Source of the DNA: Amoebophrya sp. A120
Taxonomy: Eukaryota; Protista; Dinoflagellata
Assembly: GCA_905178155.1 (NCBI GenBank)
Contig: CAJINV010000002.1
Span: 3,474,757 to 3,538,756, forward strand
Reading direction: 5' to 3'
Length of the DNA stretch: 64,000 nt
In this document: positions 24,001 through 35,674 of the stretch, one piece after another
Layout of the letters: each line of letters starts with the position of its first letter
Position numbering within the stretch: the first letter of the stretch is position 1
Translations under genes and position numbers: made by a program
Notes under the pieces: generated by a model
Database searches by the model: none
Told to the model about the DNA's origin: nothing
The model's input: only the letters and a program-made list of their open reading frames with translations

Positions 24001-25075
24001 TACTAAACATCGGATTGTTTGTACCCTGCAAAGAGCCCAAACTTCGTTGTCATGCGCAAATTATAACAATATTAACGCCAAACCCAAAACTTGCTATTAT
24101 TTGTGTAGCGAGATAAGCGCCATGAGCATGATCTTCACACTGGGGTCGCGTGCTGGGCTCCGTTTTTTTCACACGGGATACTGTTCGGCCGTCCGGGTTT
24201 GCTCGGCGCTCGCGAGTATTTCCGCGTGCTCGGGACCCGTTTCGAGGCGCCGGACCCCATGCAAGATTCGCAGCAGCCGTTCACGGGGGACACCTTTTTC
24301 AAGTTCAAGCCGCCGAAGACCGGCGCGTGGTTTGCGAAGAATGAGAAACAAGAGGGGGATATCCTATGTAAAAACGTCCCCACCCCACAATTGTCATGCA
24401 ATTCTGCATGCTCAAAATGTTTCTCATGCGGAGCCCCATGACAGGCATTCTCTAGGCGTGCTTTGGAATTTCTAATGCGCCAATCAGCATAATAGGCTAG
24501 ATCTGTGATGCTTCTGAACAAGCTGAACACGACTACACTACGGGGCCAAGTTTGTCATGCGCAACAGCCTAAGCTGGCTGATTTGTCTTGCAGATTTCCC
24601 ATCTTGACTATGGGGCGGGGACGTTTTTACTCAGGATAGGGGACGTGTTTGACGCGTTTCACTTCTTTGAAAACCATTTCATCAAGCCCCCCGCTGACCA
24701 GACGATTGCGCAGCACCTGTTGGAAGGGCTGCACGTGCAGGGACTGCAGCCGTCCGCGCCGCCCGCGGCGGAAGTCGAGATGTTATCCTGAGGGCCAAAA
24801 CGTCCCCTTTCCAGAGTTCGTCAGGCAGACTTCCAATTTTTGCAGGAGCACTTGTAATGCGAATCCCCAAGAGGAGAGGCATTTCCATTATTTCCAATCG
24901 TGTTTTTGCATTTGTAATGTTGCAAATAGAATGAGAAAATGGTTTTGCGATGCTGCCCTCCATCTCCTTGCTAACCTGCTGCATCACGAAACTACAGAGA
25001 GGAACTTGTCACGCACGACTTCTGGGATGGGGACGTTTTTACTCCGGATAGATGGCAGCCTTACCGCCGCCTTGA
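15099..25075 (+). CDS. Large protein with repeated bacterial-type PH-like domains, 24 exons
   Basis: Frame open across 23 introns; repeats such as RDSIVFTQYRIIVIE, LCVFTNRRIVLIR, MDIVLFTNYRIVYRD..SIPYEEI. Confidence 0.75.
15451..15759. mobile_element. Introner, family D
   Basis: TSD TTGGA/TTGGA. Confidence 0.88.
16182..16434. mobile_element. Introner, family A
   Basis: TSD TCTCT/TCTCT. Confidence 0.92.
16746..17001. mobile_element. Introner, family A
   Basis: TSD GACGG/GATGG. Confidence 0.9.
17096..17378. mobile_element. Introner, family B
   Basis: TSD AGTAC/AGTAC. Confidence 0.92.
17504..17770. mobile_element. Introner, family A
   Basis: TSD AGAGT/ACAGT. Confidence 0.9.
17820..17973. 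mobile_element. Introner, family C
   Basis: TSD AAAGT/AAAGT. Confidence 0.9.
18221..18516. mobile_element. Introner, family B
   Basis: TSD CAACG/CACCG. Confidence 0.88.
18610..18888. mobile_element. Introner, family B
   Basis: TSD CCAAT/CCAAT. Confidence 0.92.
19108..19328. mobile_element. Introner, family E (TATGAGAGTGCACAACTC TIR)
   Basis: TSD GTTTC/GTTTC; related to 58331-58556. Confidence 0.88.
19452..19717. mobile_element. Introner, family A
   Basis: TSD GGTTG/GGTTG. Confidence 0.9.
19822..20086. mobile_element. Introner, family A
   Basis: TSD ATTCA/ACTCA. Confidence 0.9.
20163..20466. mobile_element. Introner, family A variant
   Basis: TSD CCTTC/CCTTG. Confidence 0.88.
20555..20825. 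mobile_element. Introner, family A (TAC start)
   Basis: TSD GCGCT/GCGCT. Confidence 0.88.
20902..21051. mobile_element. Introner, family C
   Basis: TSD GCCTG/GCCTG. Confidence 0.92.
21190..21496. mobile_element. Introner, family A
   Basis: TSD GACCG/GGCCG. Confidence 0.88.
21561..21825. mobile_element. Introner, family A
   Basis: TSD CAAGG/CAAGG. Confidence 0.92.
22051..22351. mobile_element. Introner, family B
   Basis: TSD TACTG/TACTG. Confidence 0.92.
22613..22883. mobile_element. Introner, diverged family A
   Basis: TSD CAAGC/CAAGC. Confidence 0.85.
23046..23471 (+). other. Canonical GT-AG intron
   Basis: GTATAT...ATCAG restores the frame. Confidence 0.65.
23554..23738 (+). other. 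Canonical GT-AG intron
   Basis: GTATGC...CTCAG; joins HSWR|YDKIVGW. Confidence 0.7.
23799..24180. mobile_element. Diverged family B-like introner
   Basis: TATCCTGCGTAAAAACG / CGTTTTTTTCACACGGGATA; TSD eroded. Confidence 0.7.
24360..24638. mobile_element. Introner, family B
   Basis: TSD GGGGA/GGGGA. Confidence 0.92.
24784..25050. mobile_element. Introner, family B variant
   Basis: TSD GATGT/GATGG. Confidence 0.85.
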
Positions 25076-27232
25076 GGTAGAAGGACAACGAGGAGCCGAG
25101 GGGTATTAAGATAAGTACTCGTATAAAAGACAAAGTACTATACCAACCACAGAAAGATGAACAACATCAGCAGACGAGTCGAAATAAACCAAATGTAGGC
25201 GTCGATATTCAAAATTTTTCCAGACGCAGAAAAGTAAACGAAGTTCATGTATTCAAAAGCCTTTCATCAGTTCATTCGTTTAATTTTAAGTAAGTCTTCA
25301 CAGAGAAAGTTCACACTAACAGTTTTACATCATAATTTTCGATCCACTCATGTCTGTCGACATGAACCAACACGTTTAGCCTCATAATTGTCATCATGTT
25401 GTGATACTCAAGCATTTAGCGTTTTTTGGCCATAATTTTTCTACATATAAGTATTGTACTCACAAGTGAGCTCGAGCCGAACAACAATTCTATCGCGACA
25501 CCAGCCTGAAGAGAACTCCACTCTCCAGCACAAGGTCGGGAAGAGTGAGTAAGTCTATGTCTAAGTAGAGTAAGTACACCATCATATTTTTTCTCCCTTG
25601 TGGTCTCTTCCTTAGAGACCTGCGGGGGAGTTTATCTCGATCTCCATTTTTGGGGCGCAGTGGTCTGTCAGGCGCACGCGCAGTAGTCTATCATCAAGTT
25701 TGATGAATAAGGAGCCAAGAACGCCCAAGGAGAACATAGTTTTTAACAACGCCCATGATGGAGAACAGCGGAGGAGTAGGAGTAAAGTAATGTATAAACA
25801 CCGTGTATGATTTTCTTTTTCTATCAAAGTAGAAACCGCGAGCTACAGAGCCGAAGTCCCCTATTGGCGATGGGAGAGAAGAAAAACCCTCCACGGGGGG
25901 GGCCCTTACAACAGTCATCGGAAGAAAACAAGCAAACCTGCTGCACACACAAAAACTCTCCTGCCCGGAGCGTGTCTTGCTAAGGTCTCCGCCTACGCGG
26001 CACACGAAGAACCCACCACCGATGAAGTAGAGCTCTGACACCCCTCGCATCGTCTAGGAATTTTGTATGATAACGCTCCCGGTATTATTTATTACCCAGG
26101 CAGTAGCATCATCCGCTAGCGGGCCGCAGGATGCATGATGCGAGGTGCAGCAATCAGCTCGCAGCTGAAGCTTCCTCGTATCGAAATAAAACCGTGGTAT
26201 CTATATAGTAAAATCAATCAACACGACGACCACGACGTCGCTTAAAGCGCAACACGCACTGCCACTGGAGCTCCCATCAGAAACAAGAAATTATAGAGAG
26301 ATTGCCGGCGCGCTTGAAGACGCCCGCCCCCGAACAGGATGGCGCAAACGCGCCTCCTGGCTCCGTTGTTCACCTCTGGAGATGTTGTCCACCATGATCA
26401 CCAGGTCTTGGAAGATCAAGAACACAGAGGGTCGCACTACACTCTTGCTTGTCCGTCAGCAATCGACGATTTTTGAGTGGATCACTTTCCAGGTGTCACG
26501 ATCAAAAAACCCAGCACCACGACGCACCGGGCAAAGTGCAAGCGTATGTATGTAATTACTAATAGCCCGGTTTCTTGGTCGTCGAAAGGCATGCAGGTCT
26601 AGTTAGCCAATTGCGGTCAACAGATCCGAAGAACGTACACATCTTGGACGAGCAAGCACAGTAGAGGATTGCTATGGATTGGAGCAGCTCCTCGTGGCGC
26701 GGCCTGTGTCTCGCTGCAAAGAATTCGTGGCGTTGGCGTGTTGTAGATCAGTCAAAAAAAGATCGGATCTTCATTGAGGGCGTTGTGTAGTAGAGTAAAC
26801 TAACACTAGGAACACGAGGATCTTCATTAGAGCAGCCGAGTTGCTGTTGAGCATCTTCAGCTAAGATCCATGTTGACACCACAAGGTCAAGGAGAAGGTC
26901 TAGTTACAATAACCTATTTCGTCGAACGCATTTGGTTGAAGCAACATGTAGTCGTTCCTTTGCTGCTGTATTTACTTACTTCTGGCGGCACACCGTGGTC
27001 GACTAGACATCTCTAATTCAGAAAAAGTTCGCTAATTTTTTCCTGACAGAGCGCTGCGCGGCACATCAGACCTGCAACATTTTTCCGCTAGATGCCATCC
27101 TAGAAAAAGCTCGACATACCTAATCGAAACACGATTCCAGGCCGAGGCCGCGAAAGTGGTATTATATCGAGAACGATTGCAATTTTTGTTTTTCCACCAC
27201 ACGTCCGTCAGACTGACACGACAGTCGCAAGG

Positions 27233-30200
27233 ATGAGACAGCAAGTGCTCAACATGGGTGGGACAGCGACAGCTACTGTCCCTTTTTTATTTCTTGTGTA
27301 CATAAAGATCATACTTATTTTTAACACGACCAGCAACTGGAGCAGCACGCACACATCAATCGGGGTGAGTGCGTACCGGCTGCCTTTCAGCGCAACCGGA
27401 ACAACATCTTCCGGAGGAAGCACAAGAACTCCAGACGACCGGCCACATGACGTGGCTCGTGATGTCGCCCCGATAGAGGAAGCAGAAACTACGGGCGCTG
27501 AGACAGAAACTAGTCCAAGAACCAGCGCGCAGTTGCGTGCTGAGGATGTTGACGCTTGCGAATCTTCCGTGCTATTAGATGAACAAACAGACACGACTGT
27601 GGTAGAAAACCAGGAGCGACGAGTCACTAGACCTGGTTATTTTGATCCTCGGCCTCGTGTGCAGCAGGAGTACGACCGTGTTCAACAAGAAGACTGGGGA
27701 CTAGTAGAAGATGAAGAAGAAAGAGACGACGCCGTACCGGACCTAGAGCACTACATGTCTATCAGCGAACACCGTAGAATTTTGCCTCCAGGAGTTGCTT
27801 CCAGCACTTCCACCTCCTCCGCCTTCGGTTATAGCGCCGACCTCTTCTATAATTATAGCACCGACTTCGGCAGACGTCCTTTCTTCAGCACGGATTTCTC
27901 GCAGCAGCTGCACGAGCAGCGCTCTCCGGATTTTTTGGGCGGGACAGGAAATGCAACGGGTTCTCGCCTCTATGAGGAGCCGTACGCATCTTCTAGCTTT
28001 CATCTTGATCTTCCCGAGCGTGATACTAAGTACATTTTTCCCAAAGCAGGGTCGCGCTCGCGCACGCTTATTTTCAGGGCTTGGCACAACTACGGCAGCC
28101 CCGCTGGAGGTGCCAACTACTGGCGCATCCGCTTCCTCTCCTTCCCGCCGCCTAGTAACGGAAAAATTCCTCCTCGACCGACTTGCTGCGGACAAGAATT
28201 TGCGGCTGCAGATTTTTTTCGAAAACGTAAAAACCGTCCACAGTGCTTCTACAGCAGCTGCGCCCGAAGTGCGCCGCGACGTTGTCAAGGAGCAGAACCC
28301 GCGGCTCCTTTCTCCACCAAAGCTGTTGAATCTGGCGCAGGCGAAAGAGTTTCTGCACGAGAACGGACGGTGGTTTTACCAAGAAAAACCTTCTACTTCA
28401 TCTAGCGGTAGTGATAATTACGAGCAGAAAACTTTAGACGGACACGACTTCCGGATCGTGCGGGTCTTCGAAGACGATGAAGCTGCTGCAGATGGAAACA
28501 AGTCGATGAACCCAGCAGAAGGTACTAGTACTCGTCCAGTAGACCTCGACCTCCGGACTCTGAAATTGAATGCAGCGCTGAAGAAATTCGGCAACCGGCT
28601 TGCTAGCACGGGCAACTTCTTCGCACCCACCGTTTTGGCACGAGCTAAAAAGGGTGGTCAAAATTCTTCCTACCAAGCCGCGTTCTGCACCGCGCCGTCC
28701 TACCACTGTAGCCTGCTAGCGGAGGAACTTTTTCTACTTCGAATGGAAGTAGTGGATAACGATGGAAGAATCACCGAAAGTCACTTGATTCTGCAGGAAA
28801 CCATGATGGGAATGCGATTTACCTCCGGGAAGAGGAGGTTCCGAGGTTGGAGGTTTTCGAAAAGGGTGGGCGAGTGGATTGAGGAAGAGGAAGAATTTGA
28901 AGAAGTTTTTTTGCCAGCAGGAGCTGCACCTACTTCACACGGGCAGCACGGAGCCACAACGCCGCAACATGTTGAAGACGGGAGCAGGCTTTCAACAGGT
29001 GCTGGCGCAACGACTAGTCATCGGGTTTTTGACCGCAGTATTAAAGATCCAGAAGAAAATTTCTACATTTTCAGTGATACAACTGCGACGTCGAGAGGCA
29101 GCGGTGCCTACATCTCCCTGCTATTGGAGAATAAGTTGGCGCAGAAAGAAGAAGAACAACTGAACAAAAGTGCTATTCTCGCCCAATTTAGCCCCATGGA
29201 GAGGGCACAAGATCTGATGATGTCCAGGCAGTCCGCTATCGACCTATCAGTTTTGTTGCCGAGAAAGCTGCACTTTCTGTGGGTGGATGCAGTTCCCGTC
29301 GAGGTGGCGGGTGATGTAGTTCCTGGTACGGCGGAGGACTTATTTGCCGGACGATCTCCACAGGAAGCTGCTTCTGATCGACGCGGTTCTGATGTCGATG
29401 TCGAGAGACCGAAAAGCCCAACGACTTTCAACCCAAAGAAGTTTCACGAGACTGTCTTCTATTGGGTCAAGAAGTTTCGCAAGACGCTGCTGGTGATGCA
29501 CCTGTGCAAGAAACCGGGCAGTGCCAGTGCCGACGAATTTCTGGACAATTTATCCTTCGAAGTGAACCTGTGGACCAATAATGAACCCGCTGTCCAAGAG
29601 GCTTTGATTAAGTTCAGGGGCGGGCGCGGGCGGGGCCCAGACGATTTCTTGTGGAAAAACAACAAGTACATGAAATTCTCGGTGCGACCGATCCAAACTG
29701 ATTTGCTCGAATCGGAGACGAGGTTTTTGAAAAAAGTACGAAAAGACGTCGAGCTGGGAGGACGAGTGCAACAAGTAGCCCAAGCGGAGCCCGGAAGTGG
29801 TCCACTTTCATCCAGCAGTAGTAGCGTCGCAGAAGAGCTGCAGCAGTCGAGATCCCGAGGGGGAGAATTGAAGAATAGCGCAGAAACAATTATGCATCAA
29901 TCTTTCATCGAAAAAAGCAGCTATGTTCGGAACGAAAACGAGAAGCACATTTCCTTCACCTCAGACCTCCTCGGCATGGAGGGCTTCCACCCGAAAATGC
30001 ACCAAGATTTGGTGCGCCAATATCGGAAAGAAGCGGAGAAAGTTGTCATGCGAAATGTGCAAATAGTACGTCGGGAAGATCGGGAACATCAAGGGGAACA
30101 AGGAAACGAAAATCTTCCGAAGCAGGGAAATAAGAAAACAGTCTACTCATCGACGTCAGATGCGAGTACCACACCCCTCCAACAGTGGCTGCACGCCATT

Positions 30201-30719
30201 TGCCCCACGCTGCTGTCCCGCGGGCCGGAACAGACGGCGTTTTTCTCGGCAATTGACGTCTTGAAGCACGCAATTGTGACGTTCGAGCAGGGGGTCATGC
30301 TAGATTTAGACGTGAAACTCCCAGACCGCTACGAGCAACAGTTCGGAGAAAGTTTGTTGCGATCTTTGTACCATTTCGGCTACACTCTTCCCCAGGGACC
30401 CCCGCCGAACTACTTTTACGAAAACAACTTTTTGGCGGTTGCGGATGTTGATTTAGCATCTTCTTCTGCTCCTGATGCGGGAGACGGAGAAGCTCAAGCA
30501 AAAGGAGAAGGAAATTTCGCAGCAGATAACGCTCGAGCGGCGAGTATGAGTGCGAAGTTGCTGTTTTACCGGTTTTTGGAGGAGATGGCTACTCTCCCGT
30601 TGGAGAAAGTGGACACAAAACGGAGTTTGGGCGTCTTTTACAAATACGAAACGGGGCTGCCGGTGCATCCGGAAGCCTTGAGTAGGCAGTTGATCTACCC
30701 GCCGAGCGGGAATTTATGA
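27233..30719 (+). CDS. GT32/DXD-type glycosyltransferase-like protein with N-terminal hydrophobic segment; apparent +1 frameshift near 28150
   Basis: PRKLHFLWV, AIDVLKHAIV..GVMLDLDV and ENNFLAV in ORF 27795-30719; N-terminal part in overlapping ORF 27233-28405. Confidence 0.6.
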
Positions 30720-33461
30720 TGACGTGGGGAAGCTTGGCTTTGGAGGATAGAACGAATCGAAATGGATGATGTTCTAAAGGATGGACAATTTAATAGCTAC
30801 GATAGCCTTGCGTAGGTGTAAGGAATTACTATCGGACGAGCTAGCTTTGACTTTTTGATTTTGGCGGAGACTTTGGATCGCCACAGATGAGTACGACTAT
30901 GATAATGATCGATATGATCTACATTATTTTATCAAGATGCCTTCATCTCGCATGGGGCATCACAACGTGGTCCGCGCGCTGTTATTCATAGAGCACATTT
31001 GTATTTCCCAAGTTCATCATCGTCCTCAGCAAATAGCTGCGATAAACCTAACACAGAAGCTAGATCAGAAAGAACAAATTTGAATATAGGGCGCCAGAAA
31101 GATAAAAATGAGCAGTTATTGGGTGAATCAGACAGGAATTATTATCATGCCAGTCAGTATGTTGAATGAATAATACGACCCAGGAGGCTAAACACTGTTG
31201 GAAAGCGAAGCCGCTTGTCCTTGTGTGGCGTGATCGGATAGACGCACTTTGTTCGAAGATGCTCATTTTCATGCCCTTTTTTCGTAAGTACGGATCAGCC
31301 AGGAAAGTGGCGATATCGTTACGAACAAGGCCGACGCGGGCGGTTTTTGGCAGGAGGCCGCGCCGTTCTATGTCGCGGGGCAAATCAAAGCGCGGCGGGG
31401 TGGCGGCTTGGCTTTGCAGGGGGCAGGTGGCCAGCGGCCTATTGGCGCCGAAAGCCCACCGGGGCGGCCCGTGAGGCGGGGGCCCGGCTGCGCCCATGAG
31501 CCGGAGGCGCCCCAGAAGCGGCAGGCGCAAAGAAACGCCCGCGAGTCAATTCGGGAGGCCAGCCCTGGGGAGTTGCAGACGCAATTGCCCCGTGAAGGCC
31601 GTCAGCGGTTATCGACGCGCCCCAGCTGCATCGCAAGGGGCCCCCAGCCTGTGCCGCCCCTTCGGGTTGTTGCTGCTCCACTTGTGTCGCGGGCCCGGAG
31701 TTGTGGGGCCGCTCGGGTGGAGCCCCCCCCCGGGCGTCGGGGGCCGCGCCTGTGATATGCCGACCGGCCGCCCACCCACCCTTCGTTCCAATGAAATTCC
31801 GTGGCGGCCGCGCCGGCCTCTTCGAACGATCGATGGGCCGCACGCCGGCGCGCAGGAAAAAAATGGTGGGCCGGCGCAGGAGCTTCCACGGCCGCGCGGA
31901 GGCAGCTCAGCCGCCGGGCGCCGGCTAGGTGTTCGCCCCTCGGGAAGGCGGAGGGCCCGCACTCTGTGGCCCGGCCGCCCCGCGGAGGCTTTGATTGTTT
32001 GTTTGGGCGTTTGGCCCCGCCACCGGCAAGCATGCCGGCGGGCCCGGGCCGGCGCCCGTGCCTCCGCCCGGGCGGCAGCTTGCTCGCTGCGTGGCGCAGG
32101 GCCACGACTTGGTGGCCGTGGCGACGCAGGGAGGGAACGAAGGGCAGGGCAAAGGCCTAAGCATGCAGATGCATACCGTAGGGAGGCGGGCCCCCGGTAT
32201 CGCCAGCATGCCCCGCGGGGTTTGGCGGCCCCCCCCCCTGTCTTTTTGTTGTGGGCTGTGGTCGCGGACGCCGAGGGGGTTCGCCTTCAGTTCACGGTCT
32301 GACTGCCGCCCGCCGAAGACGGCGGGCGTGCCTGCTCGGGCGGCCCGAGGGTGACGGATTCGGCCCGGCAACCCGCGCCGAGGCGCGAGAATTTTTGGGG
32401 AAGAAGTTGGCCCCGAGATGGCGCAGCTCTGCCCGCGTCCGCCGGCGGCATGGCAAGTATGCAGCGGTGGGCGCCCGGGTTGGTTTTGACCGCAGGCGCC
32501 CTCTCGGTGGGTGTCCGCCCCGGGCCGCCCCGCCGGCCTGGTTGTGTCCCTCCCACCTTCCTCCTCGCCCTGGCCTGGCGCCCCCGGCTGTCGTGTTTCT
32601 TCGCCGTCCCGGGGCCGCCTCTGGCAGCCTCGCTGCGTTCCTAGCAGCCTCCCCGCCCCCCCGCGCCTTGGGGCCCCTCGTTGAAGACAACGCCCGGTGG
32701 GGTGGGCTTGCTTGGGCGCCCTGTGTTGTGTCGTCCCACCCTCCCGCGGGCATGGAATAGTGTTGGCACGGATGACATGATCGATGTCTTCCGCACGCCG
32801 GCATTTTTGCCGCGCACCGCTTGCTTGGGGTTCTGTCTCGCGCATCTATATTGCATTGACAGGGAGGCGCCGCGCGGCCTGCTCGCAAGTAAGATGTGAT
32901 GCCAGCGACGTGCACTTCACTCTCACTGACACACCGTGGGCCCGGGAGGTCCTTCACGCACGCTCGGCAGCATGCCCCATTTGTGGCCGACCGCAGTGTT
33001 TGTGCCCCGACAGACTAGGTTGGGTGTAGTTGCAGTGTGTGATGTTCTCGCCATAGCACTAGGACAGTTCCCGCCGAATGTTAGAGCTGCAAGCACAGCT
33101 AGCACAGTTACCGCACAGCTAGCACAGTTGGAGCTGCAACAGGATCGTCTCCTCTCTGATGTCTTCCCGCCGAATTTCTGATGAATAAATCCAGGGCCAA
33201 GACTTCCAAAAAGATCCCCCTTTTGTGACAAGGTCATCGGATCGATCTTCCTTCTTTCCACTGACAAACAGACCAGGTTCGCGGAAGAAAGGACTGTTCT
33301 GCTGGTGTACTACTTAGTTTTGATGAGTAAGACAGGGCACACGACGAGCTTTTTGGAGCAGAGTCGTGCTTCGGTTTTCATTGGCGCCGATGATGTAGAT
33401 TGTCGTTATCCGTGATAAGCCTCGCTACTTTTCCCCGATCACAAACCAATCTATTCCAACA

Positions 33462-34961
33462 ATGAGCGCCGCAGCATCTTCCGAACAAGGACCACAGCAG
33501 CCCAAGCGATCCCGGTGGGGTGGTGGTGGCAAGAAAAATAAAGCGACTACAAGTGACGCAACCACAGGAGCCTTGCAACAGCAGAATAGCGGGACAACTA
33601 CCTCCAGCGTAATCGCAGGAACTACATCCATCACTGGAAGTAGAACAGGCGATCACTCACAAAATGGCTCATCCATGTCGACCCTGATATTGGATGACAG
33701 CATTCACAAATCCGGTTCCCTCCTCCTCTTCTTCCACCACCTCCTCAGCGACCAGAAGCGGGAGTTCATTTGCGACTACTGCAAGACAAACCACATTTTT
33801 GGCTTCGCCAAAGCGGGCCATCCGGGATTTTTGCTTCTACTCGCCGCGGATTACAGAGTTTTGCACGAGTTTGTGAACAGGGAAATCCGACAATTAAGGT
33901 GGCAAACGATGGAGATTTTGGTGGAAGTCAGGGGGACGAGAGAGTGGTTTGGAGATTTGGTCGAAGAGCTGCAACAGAATCTGTCTTGTAAACCATCAAG
34001 CGTTGTCAACAATACGACGAGAGACAGAACAGGCGGCAATGCTAAGCCTTTCTTCCGGAATTTTAACAATCTAACCGAGGAGGACGTTTTGGCGGTGTGC
34101 CGGTATGACAAGCAACGCGATGAACGGTCCGCTGCTAATTCAACTTCTGCTGGTCGGGGGGAATCATATCACGACAATACCAGCGAGATGCTGACCCCCT
34201 TGCTGGCTCATGACCTTTCCCCAGAGGAGTTCCGGCTGCAAGTGCTTCACGAAGTAGCACAGGGTATGGACGAACAAGGAAGAAAAATGAATTTCACCAC
34301 CAACGCAACAGACGACCACCTTTATGACCGAGAAGTTGAGCGAAAACAGCAGGAGATCATGCGGAGGATTTTCTGGCAGGACTGCGAAACCTGTGCGCAG
34401 GAAGTGGAGCTGTTGGCAAATTACGCTTGGCCGAATATTAACATGCACCACAGCTCGTCGTCGTCCCAACAAGTACAAGTAGAACCAGCAGTCATTGCGA
34501 CGACAGCCAACGCGACGACCACAGACGGAAAGGCGACATTCCGGAAGATCCAAAAGTCTTTCATCGATCTGGGCAGGTGCAACAGTTTGGAGCCCATCCG
34601 GCGATTCTGTCCGCAGGGATTGTTGCAGTTCGCTGGCTTGAGTGGAGGTGGACCGGTCCTGGGGTCGAGCGTTAATATACGCGGAGGGGCGTCTTCATCT
34701 TCAGCTACTGGTGCAACACCTGCCTGTAATAACGACGATGCCCACCTCCTTGTTCCTCTGCTAAAGCCAAAGTGGGAAAAGTATCAAACCCACCCGGAGA
34801 GACGCCAGTATCATGTCGCTTCGAGTTTATCATCTTCCAGAAATCAAGGCAATAAAGTCCACAACGTTTTCGTCGGGGTCTCGGAGGATTTGTGGCGGGG
34901 CATGAAACCGCCCGAGAAGAGGGCGATTGAGGAGCGGGAAGGGGGGAATTCCGGGTATTGA
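33462..34961 (+). CDS. DUF1115/RWDD2-like domain protein, intronless
   Basis: FFHHLLSDQKREFI...FGFAKAGHPGFLLL...EIRQLRWQ. Confidence 0.7.
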   Translation: MSAAASSEQGPQQPKRSRWGGGGKKNKATTSDATTGALQQQNSGTTTSSVIAGTTSITGSRTGDHSQNGSSMSTLILDDSIHKSGSLLLFFHHLLSDQKREFICDYCKTNHIFGFAKAGHPGFLLLLAADYRVLHEFVNREIRQLRWQTMEILVEVRGTREWFGDLVEELQQNLSCKPSSVVNNTTRDRTGGNAKPFFRNFNNLTEEDVLAVCRYDKQRDERSAANSTSAGRGESYHDNTSEMLTPLLAHDLSPEEFRLQVLHEVAQGMDEQGRKMNFTTNATDDHLYDREVERKQQEIMRRIFWQDCETCAQEVELLANYAWPNINMHHSSSSSQQVQVEPAVIATTANATTTDGKATFRKIQKSFIDLGRCNSLEPIRRFCPQGLLQFAGLSGGGPVLGSSVNIRGGASSSSATGATPACNNDDAHLLVPLLKPKWEKYQTHPERRQYHVASSLSSSRNQGNKVHNVFVGVSEDLWRGMKPPEKRAIEEREGGNSGY

Positions 34962-35674
34962 AGAAGACTTGAGATGAACACAACGTCGAAACTTCAATCA
35001 TACAGCTTTTCCGTAAAACCAAATAATGTTTCCAGAAGTAGAGCTTTAAAAAGATCCCCGTTTGTTTCTCTTCTACGAGTGAACTTTGTTGGCAAGCAGT
35101 AATCGACTTCCGTGCTCGTGCAGTGCTCCGTCGAAAAAGGGGCGTCGAAAAGTGCCAAGACACCGATGTGCAACAGCTTGATATGATTCCTTTGTTTCGT
35201 ACCCCGGACGGTCCTGAATCACGAGTAGACATCGCTGAGTCAAGAGCATGCTCCTGTCGACCGAGTTTTTATTTGTATCAATAAAGCATGTACAATTACA
35301 ATTAGGCCACGGTGGCATGATGGCCTTTCTCCACAGTCACCGTGTTGATTCGTTCTGTTCATTGTTGATCTACCTCACGACTGTCAAAAATGCATTTCTT
35401 TGAAGTTTAGAACCGAAACGCACGCAGATCATGCATAGAGAAGTACCGACGATCCGCAGATAGCCATATATTCTTTCAATTTTCAATGTTCATTTGTAGT
35501 TGGAAACGGATTTATTCGTGTTGTTGGAAGTGGTGCAGAAGCAGATGAAGAGCAACATTTTGCGACCTTCTTGGAGAAAATATTGGGATTCTTGTACGTC
35601 GTAGAGTAAGCGTTTGCTTCTTGATGGTCGTTGGTTATTAGAGATAAGAGCAAACCAAATAAACCGTCGCAAAG

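Noticed and set aside
15451-25050. CRISPR-like array (repeated ~30-bp motifs with unique spacers)
   Set aside because: Repeats are inverted pairs bounding 150-380 bp elements, the 'spacers' are in-frame exons, and there are no cas genes
31408-32957. Long overlapping ORFs on both strands
   Set aside because: Expected from stop-codon scarcity at very high GC; no recognisable domains
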